NCBI GenBank assembly: GCA_010093995.1
Contig: ML992502.1
Span: forward strand, 1,047,001-1,111,000
DNA length: 64,000 nucleotides
Reading direction: 5' to 3'
DNA from: Elsinoe ampelina
Lineage: Eukaryota
Shown here in pieces: positions 23,398 to 33,619 of the stretch (the first letter of the stretch is position 1; every line of letters begins with the position of its first letter). The notes under the pieces were generated by a model. It saw only the letters and a list, made by a program, of their open reading frames with translations. It had not been told where the DNA came from and searched no databases. Both the position numbers and the translations under genes were made by a program.

Positions 23398-24245
23398 CTA
23401 GCCGGCTTTATGTCCATGGTTTATGGGTAGAGGATATTGCGGAGAAAAACTACATGGCGGGCATGGCACAGATTGTTCACATTCATTATCTTCTGCTTAT
23501 CATCACAACGAAATACCTCTATACGATCGTGCAGCTGCCTAGTTTCTGCGCGCTCTTAGAATCTTGCTCTTTGCGATATTTCTACATCCTACCCGGTCGT
23601 CTCTACAGACTCGGAGCCAGTAAACGCACGGCCAAGCTTACACCCCTGTAGCACGGTCTTTGTGTTTCTGATCTGCGGTGGATCACCCAAGCCAGGGTTT
23701 GACCTGCTCACCGGTGAAGGTGTTGGGTCACACCGGTCCATGCCTTGGCGTGCCAACACTTCACCGAGATGCTACAGTCACTTCAGCTGAGCGGATTCAG
23801 CCTCACTAGCGGCACGAGTCTCTCTTAAGGTTGTATGTCTCACCGGATGCCTGGTTGCTAGGAACCAGGCGTCGAGGCACGTTATCGGACAATCTCATTT
23901 CCACGAAAGCTGGCTAACGATCTTGGCTTCTATACCATCAATATTGCTGCAACTCGACTGACCGGGAGCCCCACACCATTGACGGCCGGAGTGCCCCTTC
24001 AGGTGAGTCATTTTGAATTGATGCAGAGGTTATTGTGGATAACACAAACTATTGTTTAGCCAAGCTGGTCCTTCCTGCTTGGGTCAAGCATAGGGGTAAG
24101 GTACGGCCGACGTCGACACGACATGTCTTTTCAGCGACTATATCTCAAATGCGTTGCCCATGCGAGCGCCCTGTTGCATCCGGTTTCCGTATCGGCCAGA
24201 GTTTCTTTCTTTCATCTTTGTACTTCCATTAGATCATAACCTATC

Positions 24246-25634
24246 ATGGGGAACCTTATTCGATTGTTCGGCGTGGTAGCACTACTCAGTACCGTCGTTT
24301 CAGGGGCCCTCATGAGGCGAGACTGCGCCTTCACTATCTCTGCACAATCAGGTGATACGTGTGGGTCCCTTGCTACATCGTTTGGTATCTCTGTCAATGA
24401 ATTCATCAGCTACAACACTGGAGTCGATTGCACGCTTCCTTTGACAGCCAACAAGGAATACTGCATCCTGTGGTCAGGCGAAGCTCCTCCGATGCCTTCT
24501 TCGTCCTCGACAGCGACCACAGCGTCGAGCCAGTCATCCTCGCCCACAGCAGCGCCCACTGGACCAGCTCCGCCGTCACCTACACAAGCTGGTCTTGATT
24601 CTCAATGTATGATGTTCAATTGGTGGCATAGCGGAAATTCTGACTGGTGCCACAGGCCAAAGATTCCACCTCGCTACAGACGGGGATACTTGCCAAGGCA
24701 TCATTGACAAATATCGCACGTTCAGCTTGCAGCAATTGTAAGTTCCGAATTGTTGAATGCACCACAAATATTGATCCATTCGACAGCTACGCGTGGAATC
24801 CTGCCGTTGGCACTTCCTGCTCTGGTCTTTGGTTGGGCTATTACTACTGCATCGGAACGGCCAGTACCCCTACCTCCCCACCGTCAACGACTACAGTAGC
24901 GCCCACACCTACTCCATCGAACGGCTTTCCCTCAGTCAGTCCTTCCTGGCAAGACCTTCTACACAGAGTACTGATTCGTTTGTTAGCCCGTCCAACCCAA
25001 TATCATCAGCACCTGCAAGCGATTCTACCAGGTTCAGTCCGGCGACTTCTGCCAGAAGATCGTCGATCAATACCGGACCTTCACACTCTCTGACTTTTAC
25101 AATTGGAACCCCTCCGTGGGTAACACCTGCGCCTCACTCCAAGCTGGCTACTTCGTCTGCGTTGGCGTCGACGGCACGCCTACCAGCCCAAGTCCTACTA
25201 GCAACCCAATCCCTTCCCCGACCCAGACCGGCATCATCAAGACCTGCACCAAGTACGACCGCACCAACCCCGGCGCTTTCTGCGAAGCCTTCTCCAATCG
25301 AATCGGCATTTCTCTTCCACAGCTGTACGCCTGGAACTCTATCCTCGGCACTCGCGGGGAGAATTGCGCCAGAAATTTCCTACCAGAGACATATTACTGT
25401 ACCGGAGTGTCGGGCCCGCTGCCCGCGCCTGGACCGACTCAGGGGGGTATCGTGGATATTTGCACCGGCTATGTAATGGCTAATCCAGGCGGATCATGCC
25501 CGGTTTTCGCAAACAGAGTAGGCATAAGTCTGCAGCAGCTGTATGCGTGGAATCCGGTGTTGGGCCGGAATGGGGAGAATTGTCAGACGTCGTTCTGGGC
25601 AAATACCTGGTACTGTACCTCTGTGGCCGGGTAA
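24246..25634 (+). CDS. Secreted LysM effector-like protein with five fungal-type LysM domains (412 aa)
   Basis: Exons 24246-24606, 24656-24737, 24787-24934, 24987-25634 (1239 nt, in frame). Five C..GDxC..WNP..C..YC-type modules joined by P/T/S linkers; signal peptide present. Confidence 0.9.
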
Positions 25635-25894
25635 GTAGCAAGGTCGCAGGCACGCTGCCAGCACTGTTTGGCACAGCGATCCTGAGATGTCAGGACTTCG
25701 TTGACTGAAGTCACGCACTGGGGAAGACAGAATGCAACAGTATCACAGTGATCGCTGGTGAAATTCGAAGCATCATTTATATTCATGGCAGGCTTAACAT
25801 CAAAGGAGATACATTTGATATTTCCATCAACTATTAATACAACTTGTTAAATCCTGCCTCCTCTCCACCTTCATCTTTCGCTTATTATTCCTTC

Positions 25895-27043
25895 TTACAC
25901 TAACGAAGCGTACACCAATGCCATCGTCGCCGAGATATGATAAGTAAGACGGTAATCGATCTGAGTCGATGCCTTGAAGGGACCACTCCAGTTCAAGCCC
26001 AACATATTGTTCTTCGTATTGCGAGCATTGTTCCAAATACTATCCGCATTGTTCTTCAACAACTGCGGAATGCCTCCACCACCCACACTCGGCCTAGCCT
26101 TGTAGACCTCGTAGAAGCCACGCATCATGATACCCTTGAACATGCCCGTGTCGCCATTGCAGCTAAAGTCAGCATCGCAGTACTCCTGCGCAATACCGTT
26201 GACGATCATGCCGTATTGACCCGAGGCGGTCTTCTCGGCGATGGACTGTGCGATGTCGAGCCATTCTGCGTTGCCGGTGGCGTCAGCCATGGCCACCATG
26301 GCTGCCATCGCGGCACCTTCTTGGTAGGTGAGGAAGGCGTAGTTGTTGCTGCAGGTGTCTTGGCCATTGCGCTTCTGGAGACCGTCGCCTTGGATCAGGC
26401 CGTCGATGTACATGTCGGCCTTGAGTTCTTTCCAGGCGGCGCGGGCCTTGTTGAGGTAGTTGGCTTTCTGCTTGGGGGTGCGCTTGGCGAGGAGGGCTGC
26501 GGCCTCGATGTAGAGGGTTTGGGTGATGACGCTGCTACCGCGCGGGGTGCCGGGGTAGGCGTTGTTGAAGAGACCGCAGGCGTCCTTGTCGATGTCGGCG
26601 GCGATACGGGCGAACGTTCGTCGGGCGCTGACGAGGTATTGGTTGTTCTTGGTGACGTCGAAGACCTTGATCATGGCGACGGTCCACCAGAGACGGTCGT
26701 CGAAGTAGCTGGTGTAGGTGAAAGCCTTGTCGCTGTCGACTGCTTGGTCGCGCCAGGTGACGTTGAAGACACCTTGCTCGCCATCTGTGATCTGTCTCAA
26801 GAATTGGGAGTTGTCGCCCTCGCGTAGATCAGCGAGTAGAGTTACAGCTTGAGCGCAGTTCCACCATCCGATCGTCCATGCGGCTGGTGAGGGGGTTCTG
26901 TAGTACATCGGTTGCTGCATCTTCTTGACGGCAGTGTGTGCATTTTGACGGTACTGGTTGGCCCGGCGCTCCAAGGTAGGAGTGGCAGAAGTGCATTGTG
27001 AGAAGGCAAGACTGGCAAGGCCAGCCAATGCTGTGAAATACAT
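25895..27043 (-). CDS. Secreted GH76 alpha-1,6-mannanase/transglycosidase-like protein
   Basis: Signal peptide and KR-like ERR site; WWNCAQ, catalytic YFDD.LWW, TYQEG, FKGIMMR and GLNWSGP motifs. No GPI tail. Confidence 0.88.
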   Translation of the reverse strand: MYFTALAGLASLAFSQCTSATPTLERRANQYRQNAHTAVKKMQQPMYYRTPSPAAWTIGWWNCAQAVTLLADLREGDNSQFLRQITDGEQGVFNVTWRDQAVDSDKAFTYTSYFDDRLWWTVAMIKVFDVTKNNQYLVSARRTFARIAADIDKDACGLFNNAYPGTPRGSSVITQTLYIEAAALLAKRTPKQKANYLNKARAAWKELKADMYIDGLIQGDGLQKRNGQDTCSNNYAFLTYQEGAAMAAMVAMADATGNAEWLDIAQSIAEKTASGQYGMIVNGIAQEYCDADFSCNGDTGMFKGIMMRGFYEVYKARPSVGGGGIPQLLKNNADSIWNNARNTKNNMLGLNWSGPFKASTQIDYRLTYHISATMALVYASLV

Positions 27044-27778
27044 GATGGATGAGATATAGCCTGGAAATAATGTGTTGTGGGGGGCGTGAAAGGATATTGT
27101 TTACCGGATGTCCTTGACATTATATATAATCTCCTTCAAATCTTAGCCTGCTTCCAAGCATCAACGGTAGCTGAGGTGGAAATACGGTGACGCCGCATTC
27201 TTCCGCCCAGAAGACAGCACAACGGGGATCGCATGGTGATCAAACCTGGTCTAACGGATATGACATCGCTGATAGGGTGCTCTACTTCGCTGTTCTGGAG
27301 CGTAAAGACAAGACCGACTGTGAACTATTTGCGCCCAGCTGGGCTGGAGTTTGACCTACCTGCCAGACGTTGGGATGTTATATAACGGCTCGCCACAGCG
27401 GCCAGAAGTAGATGAGAGGAGGAAAAGATTGGCAGCAAACACGTGCGGAACATCATGCTGCCACTCTAGATGATGACATTGTGGTCTCCGGTGCAGACAC
27501 ATCGCAAACGCCTGCCGAGGAGATGACCGCATTGTGGATATATCAGTCTTCGATGTAGTCGGATGACCAGACCTCGATATCAAACAGCCAAGACGCGTCT
27601 GATACCGGGCTGTCAATAGGCCGCGGATCGCCTCCACCACGAAGTAGCGCAGTCAATAGTAGATGCGGGAGCATTAGACCGTGTTCGAGTGCAGTGGCGA
27701 GCCTTGTAACCAGGGTAAAAGACATTGGAGATTGAATTTGAGAACGGTTGATGTGTGAAACAGGACGCGTAATTTGCA

Positions 27779-27835
27779 GAGTCATGTAGAACTCGAGTCA
27801 TGCGATCTCGAGTCAAGCAATCTCGAGTCAAGCAT
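27779..27835. repeat. 15-bp tandem repeat containing four GAGTCA (TGACTC) cores in the GH76/RTF2 divergent promoter
   Basis: GAGTCA at 27779, 27795, 27810 and 27825. Confidence 0.7.
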
Positions 27836-27911
27836 AATTCTGGTCGTGCCGGCACGCCGATCTGAGCAGGTCACTGCAACCAATTCGTATTCAGTCTATG
27901 GTGAGCTAGAC

Positions 27912-28855
27912 ATGGGTAATGACGGTGGGAGGTGAGCAGTTCATCACTCAAGGCGTATCTCTGTCTGACAGTTAGCAGTATTCCCAAGCGCCGCGAACTT
28001 GTAAAGGAAGCAGCCCGCAACCCCACCACAGCGCAGATCAAGGAAACCCAGCACGAGCAGCAGGAGTACTACTGGAGCACCGATCCTCTCTCACGAAGAC
28101 CACTTGCGCGGCCCATAGTCTCGGACTCGAACGGAAAGTTATACAACAAGGATAGCATCCTCGAGCACCTCCTTTCCGCCTCCGACCCAGACGCCAACAC
28201 CGCAGAAGCAGAACTCATCCTTCAAGGTTCAGTCAAAAGCCTCAAGGATGTTGTAGAGCTACAACTCAACGTCTCTGAGCAGGAAAAGGAAGAGAAGAAC
28301 GAGACCTGGATCTGCCCCGTCACAAGCGACAAGCTCGGCCCAGGCAGCAAAGCCGTCTATCTCGTTCCCTGCGGCCATGTCTTCGCCGGAGTCGCGATCA
28401 AGGAAGTCGCCGGTGACAAGTGCGTAGTATGCGACATAGCATTTGCGGAGAACGACGTCATCCCCATTCTGCCCACAGCAAAGGAGGACATCGCCCGACT
28501 ACAGCTCAGAGTCAAGACGCTCAAAGAGCAAGGCCTCACGCACAGCCTAAAGAAAGCCGGCAAGGAGAAGAAAAAGAAGAAGCGGGATCGAGAAGAGGAC
28601 GATAGCCAGGCCACGGAGAAGAACGGCAATGGAGCGAAGAAAGCGAATGGCGAGAACGGGCACGGTATCAAGAACTCGAGCACGAAGGCATTGACGGACA
28701 AGGTGATGCAGGAGCAGGAGAGGCGAAAGAAGTCGCGGATGGACAATGACAACTTGAAGAGTCTATTCAGCTCGCGTGATCAGGGGAAGCCGACGGGGAA
28801 GAGCAGTGACTTTATGACGAGGGGTTATGAGATTCCGGCCGGTACGAAGAGATGA
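27912..28855 (+). CDS. RTF2: Replication termination factor 2 (Rtf2 RING-like)
   Basis: MGNDGG|SIPKRRELVK after a short intron (27932-27978); GKLYNKD, WICPVT and LVPCGHVF motifs; Lys-rich tail. Confidence 0.92.
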
Positions 28856-29383
28856 GGTCTGGTCGTTCCTTGCTTGGATATCGTCTCTATACGAGCTCCT
28901 TTCACGAGCTGCTATAGGCATGCACTCCCGCGTCTTGCTACCCTTGGACCCGAGGAGTCAAGCAGATACCGCTGCTACATGCGCGTCCACCAGGTCGGTG
29001 CAGACAGCGGAGATGGTCAGGAAGCAGTCCGCAGTAGTGCGTCATCCTACGGTCCCGGTAGATAGGACTGAGTGGTCACCACTCTCGAGCTGCGGTTTGA
29101 ACAAGGACGAAATCGTGATCTGGCCACGTAGAGAAGTGAGCTGATCTACGGATGGGCTTCGTCCTGTATTACTACATCACTAGGCGGTCTGATATTGACA
29201 GCTAGGCCTGGAAATGACATCTAGGCCTTGTAATATCATTCGCACTGTACAGCAGTCGAAGCAGCCTTGACATCAAAACAAATAATAATTTTTGGTATCT
29301 TTATCTACTCCCATCCAATAGTAAATCGCCCAATATCGCCAAACGCTTGCGCGTGGTAAACAGATCCATCATGTACCTCATCT

Positions 29384-31012
29384 CTACAACCTCGCCCCCT
29401 CCAGACCCCTCCACCCATGCTCCTGCGCAATCATCTCGGCACACCTCTCCCCAATCGCCAACACAGTCAACATGGGATTGATCGTCGGCATCTCGGGGAA
29501 AACACCGGCATCCGCGATCCTCACATTCTTCAACCCCTTGATCTTCAATTCGTGATCCACAACCGCCTTGTCGTCCTTGTTCACGTCGCCCATCTTCGTG
29601 GTTCCAGCGGGGTGGTACACCGTGTGCGCTACCCTGCGGCCGTACTCGCTCAGATCCTCGTCGGACTGGCATTGTGGACCGGGCGCCACCTCGCGCTTGA
29701 GCCATGATTTGAAAGGCTCTTCTTGGGCGATTTCTCGGGCCGCTTTGAGGCCTGCGACGATGGTGGCGGCGTCGTAGCCTTCTGGGTCGGTGAAGTAGCG
29801 GAAGTCGAGGGCGGGTTTGACACTGGGGTCGGAGGAGGTGAGGTAGAGGCGGCCTCGTGAGCGGGGGCGCGGGATGTTTGGGGTCATGCAGAAGGCGTCC
29901 TTCGGTTCGTCGTAGCCGAGGCGCTTGGTGTTGAGGCTGAAGGGGATTTGGTAGCAGTGCATCATGACGTCGGCGATGTCGCCGTCCTTGCCGGCTGCGT
30001 TGGGGATCTCGCGGCGGAGGAAGATGCCGGCGTCGCTGTCCATGGTGGTCTGGTTGGGAGGCACGGGGCGGTTGAGCTCCCACATGATAATGGATTCGGG
30101 GTGGTCGAGGAGGTTCTCACCTACACCAGGCAGGTTGACGAGCGGCTTGATGCCAAGGGATGAGAGCTGGTCGGCCGGGCCCAGACCGGAGAGCAGCATA
30201 AGACGAGGAGTGTCAACCGCGCCGGCGGAGAGGATAGTCTCGGCCTTTGCGCGGAGGGTGAGGGCAGTCTTATCCTGGAGTGTGATGTTCACGCCGGTCA
30301 CGCGATCGCCGCTGAGGTTGATTTTGCTGACCCAGGCGTTGGTCAGGACAGTCAAGTTGGGTCGCTTCTCCTCCCCGCGCAAGATGGGGTGGATGTATGC
30401 CACGCTTGCACTGCTGCGGTGGCCGGTATCTGGGTTGTAGGAGACGGAGAAGAAGCCTACGGTGGGTTTGAGAGCCCCGTTGCTGCGGATCTCCTTGTTG
30501 AAGTCATGGCAGATGGGGATGTTCATTTTGGTCGAGCAGGACTTTACCCAGTCAAGGCAGAGCTGGTTCCTGTGGCGTTCGTGGACTGGCTGGACAGTAT
30601 TCCTCAGATTGTCCAGCACTCGTGTAAAGGTCTTGAAGTCCCAGCCCTTGCATCCCTGAGCCTCCCATCTCTTGCAGTCGTACTCGAAAGGCCGGAAGCT
30701 GATCAAAGTGTTGTGGGAGGAGCAACCTCCGAGGACTTTGGCGCGGGAGTGTCTGATATACGAATTGCCCATGGGCTGCTCGGTAGTTCCATAGTCGTAG
30801 TCGAGCTCTCCGCCGAGGAGGTTGAGCCATTCCTTGAGAAGCAAGACACGGTCATCCATGTAATCCGAGGGACCAGCCTCGATGAGGAGCACCTTCTTGT
30901 TGGGCAGGTACTCGGACAGACGACTGGCAATGACACAGCCAGCTGTGCCACCACCGACGATGATGAAGTCATAAGAGTCCTTTGCGGACGCAGGTAGCTG
31001 CGTAGTCGTCAT
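29384..31012 (-). CDS. codA: Choline oxidase (GMC oxidoreductase), C-terminal ARL
   Basis: GGGTAG FAD motif; RAKVLGGCSSHN (covalent-FAD His context of choline oxidases), HTVYHP and INP motifs. Divergent from BADH. Confidence 0.88.
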   Translation of the reverse strand: MTTTQLPASAKDSYDFIIVGGGTAGCVIASRLSEYLPNKKVLLIEAGPSDYMDDRVLLLKEWLNLLGGELDYDYGTTEQPMGNSYIRHSRAKVLGGCSSHNTLISFRPFEYDCKRWEAQGCKGWDFKTFTRVLDNLRNTVQPVHERHRNQLCLDWVKSCSTKMNIPICHDFNKEIRSNGALKPTVGFFSVSYNPDTGHRSSASVAYIHPILRGEEKRPNLTVLTNAWVSKINLSGDRVTGVNITLQDKTALTLRAKAETILSAGAVDTPRLMLLSGLGPADQLSSLGIKPLVNLPGVGENLLDHPESIIMWELNRPVPPNQTTMDSDAGIFLRREIPNAAGKDGDIADVMMHCYQIPFSLNTKRLGYDEPKDAFCMTPNIPRPRSRGRLYLTSSDPSVKPALDFRYFTDPEGYDAATIVAGLKAAREIAQEEPFKSWLKREVAPGPQCQSDEDLSEYGRRVAHTVYHPAGTTKMGDVNKDDKAVVDHELKIKGLKNVRIADAGVFPEMPTINPMLTVLAIGERCAEMIAQEHGWRGLEGARL

Positions 31013-31930
31013 GGCGGGCGTTGCTATGTGCAGATGGGTATGTACTGGTGGAGGGATCTGCGAATGTAAAGAATGTCTGGAGGGGAGGACACTATGTGCG
31101 AGGAGATAAGAGCAAGGATGGATGGAAAGGTAGTTGCACGAAGGTTTGAAGGAGTGGAGGAAGCTTTAAAGTCTGCTTACCACCGTTGCGATTGATGGAA
31201 CCGACCTGACAGAGACCATCCTGTGGATCTAGAGCGCGTTGCTTCGTCGGCAGGGAGGGGCACGAGATGCGCTACCAGAAGCCACAATTGGTCGGCAATC
31301 GATCCACAGCAAGGCTGCCTCTACGACCCGGTCCTCGTTCGCGGATAGGGCGGGATCAGATTTTTCATAGAAGCCACTCCATGTTGATGAACGTTTCAAG
31401 GCAGGTTAAGCTTTGGCAAAGGTCTCGTGGTGGCACAGACAATGTGTGAGCTCGAGGACATGGACATGCACCTCTGACGCTGCCGAGCCCCCATCCAAAT
31501 GCCGATTAACGAATCGTGGCCGCAAGAGTTTGAAAATTGGGGCTTTCAATCGGGGCCTACTACGGGCAAACTGCGGCGGACTGTAACTTTGCCATTCGAC
31601 TGCGGGGCTCTCTCGGACTCTCTCGACCTTGCGAGCATTCATACCATTCGACAGCAATCTGACTTGAGCGATCTCAACAAAGTACAACGAACGACCAGCA
31701 TAGATATCAACATTGACAGCACTCTACCTCAATAGTGCTTGGACGCCACCTGGATTCACATACCAGATCTGGACCCTAAATCCAAGGTTTAGCTCGGGCT
31801 GATAAGCATCCTCCACGACGCCTCCAGCAATCGGGAATAAGATCGCCTATAACCACATAGTCACTGGTCTATCGAGTATACCAAAGGACGTACGAGGCGC
31901 AGGCTGCATCACCATCGAGCAAACCACAAC

Positions 31931-33436
31931 ATGGCTCATCATTCATCACCTCGATATACCATCTATGATGGCAAACCACAGTCCTCGGCCTCATCTTCTG
32001 GATCCTTCAAATCAATAAATCCTGCCACTGCACAACCCATTTGTGACATCCACCCCTCTTCGCCACGGGACATTGACGCTGCCATCTCCTCTGCCTCCAA
32101 AGCCTTCAAATCCTGGTCACAAACCCCACCTATTGAGCGATCGCGCATCCTCCTGAAAGCCGTCGCCCTCCTCCGCGCTCGTAACGATGACCTCGCCAAA
32201 GTCGAAACTCTCGACACTGGCAAGCCCTTCTCTGAGACCTCTACCGTCGACATCATCACAGGTGCCGATGTCCTAGAATACTACGCCAACCTCATCGCCT
32301 CTGGCGGTCTCAATGGCGAGACCACCCAGCTCCGCCCCGATGCCTGGGTCTACACCACCAAATGCCCCCTCGGCGTCTGCGCCGGCATAGGCGCATGGAA
32401 CTACCCCATCCAAATCGCCCTCTGGAAATCCGCCCCCTGCCTCGCTGCGGGCAACACCATGGTCTACAAACCCAGCGAAGTAACCCCTCTCCACGCCGAA
32501 CTCCTCTCCTCCATCTACCACGAAGCCGGCCTGCCCGCCGGCGTCTTCAACGTCATCTACGGCGCCGGCGACGTAGGCGCCTACCTCACCTCGCACCCCA
32601 CGATCCAAAAAGTCAGCTTCACAGGCCAAGTGTCCACCGGCAGCAAAGTCGCCCAATCCGCCGCGTCAGGCATGAAATACATCACCATGGAACTGGGCGG
32701 CAAATCCCCCCTCCTCGTCCTCCCGGACTGCCCCGTCCCCCTCGCCGTCGACGGCGCCATGATGGCCAACTTCTTCAGCACAGGCCAAGTCTGCACGAAC
32801 GGGACCCGCGTCTTCGTCCCCCGCCCCATGAAAGCGGCCTTCGAAGCCCATCTCCTCTCCAAGATGCCGCACGTCCGCGCGGGCGACGTCATGGATCCAA
32901 GCGTCAATTTCGGCCCCTTGGTCAGCGAGCCGCACTACAAGAAAGTCCTCTCGTACATCCGCCACGGCATCGAGAGCGATCGCGCCCGGCTCCTCTGCGG
33001 CGGTCCCGACGCGCCGGCTTCTACTCCTGGCGTCGACGAGAGGGGTTTCTGGGTCCGCCCGACTGTTTTCACGGACTGCACGGACGACATGAAGATCACG
33101 ACCGAGGAGATCTTCGGGCCTGTGTTGTGTATCCTCTACTACGACAGTGTGGACGAGGCGATTCGGCGTGCGAACAAGACGGAGCTAGGCCTGGCCGCGG
33201 GTGTCTTCACTAGGGATGTGGATCTGGCGCATAAAGTGGTGGCGAGGCTGGAGGCGGGCATTACGTGGGTGAACACGTGGGGAGAGTCGCCGGCGGAGAT
33301 GCCGGTGGGTGGGTGGAAGTTGAGTGGGGTGGGTGTGGAGAATGGGAGGAAGGGTTTGGAGAATTGGGTGCAGAATAAGAGTACGTTGGTCGAGATGGGA
33401 GGGGTGGTGGGGACTGTGTTTACTAGTAAGCTGTAG
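31931..33436 (+). CDS. badA: Betaine aldehyde dehydrogenase, C-terminal SKL
   Basis: [35 protein letters not shown] and EEIFGPV motifs, BetB-like. Confidence 0.9.
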   Translation: MAHHSSPRYTIYDGKPQSSASSSGSFKSINPATAQPICDIHPSSPRDIDAAISSASKAFKSWSQTPPIERSRILLKAVALLRARNDDLAKVETLDTGKPFSETSTVDIITGADVLEYYANLIASGGLNGETTQLRPDAWVYTTKCPLGVCAGIGAWNYPIQIALWKSAPCLAAGNTMVYKPSEVTPLHAELLSSIYHEAGLPAGVFNVIYGAGDVGAYLTSHPTIQKVSFTGQVSTGSKVAQSAASGMKYITMELGGKSPLLVLPDCPVPLAVDGAMMANFFSTGQVCTNGTRVFVPRPMKAAFEAHLLSKMPHVRAGDVMDPSVNFGPLVSEPHYKKVLSYIRHGIESDRARLLCGGPDAPASTPGVDERGFWVRPTVFTDCTDDMKITTEEIFGPVLCILYYDSVDEAIRRANKTELGLAAGVFTRDVDLAHKVVARLEAGITWVNTWGESPAEMPVGGWKLSGVGVENGRKGLENWVQNKSTLVEMGGVVGTVFTSKL

Positions 33437-33619
33437 CGTCATGAAAGGATGTATATGATTAGTGCATGGGTGGTAGGGTGTCTTGTACTTTTTTGCTCAT
33501 TACCGAACTACAAGAAGGGGATTGCAAGAGGAGGCTGAGCCAGCAGTCTCCTCCATACTCCAAGGAAAGCTTCACTTTTGAACCAAAACCACCCTCGCTC
33601 GAAACATCCATCGCTCGTC

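Noticed and set aside
600..27900. Island as a Starship or other giant mobile element
   Set aside because: No tyrosine-recombinase captain gene or element-scale boundary repeats seen in the window.
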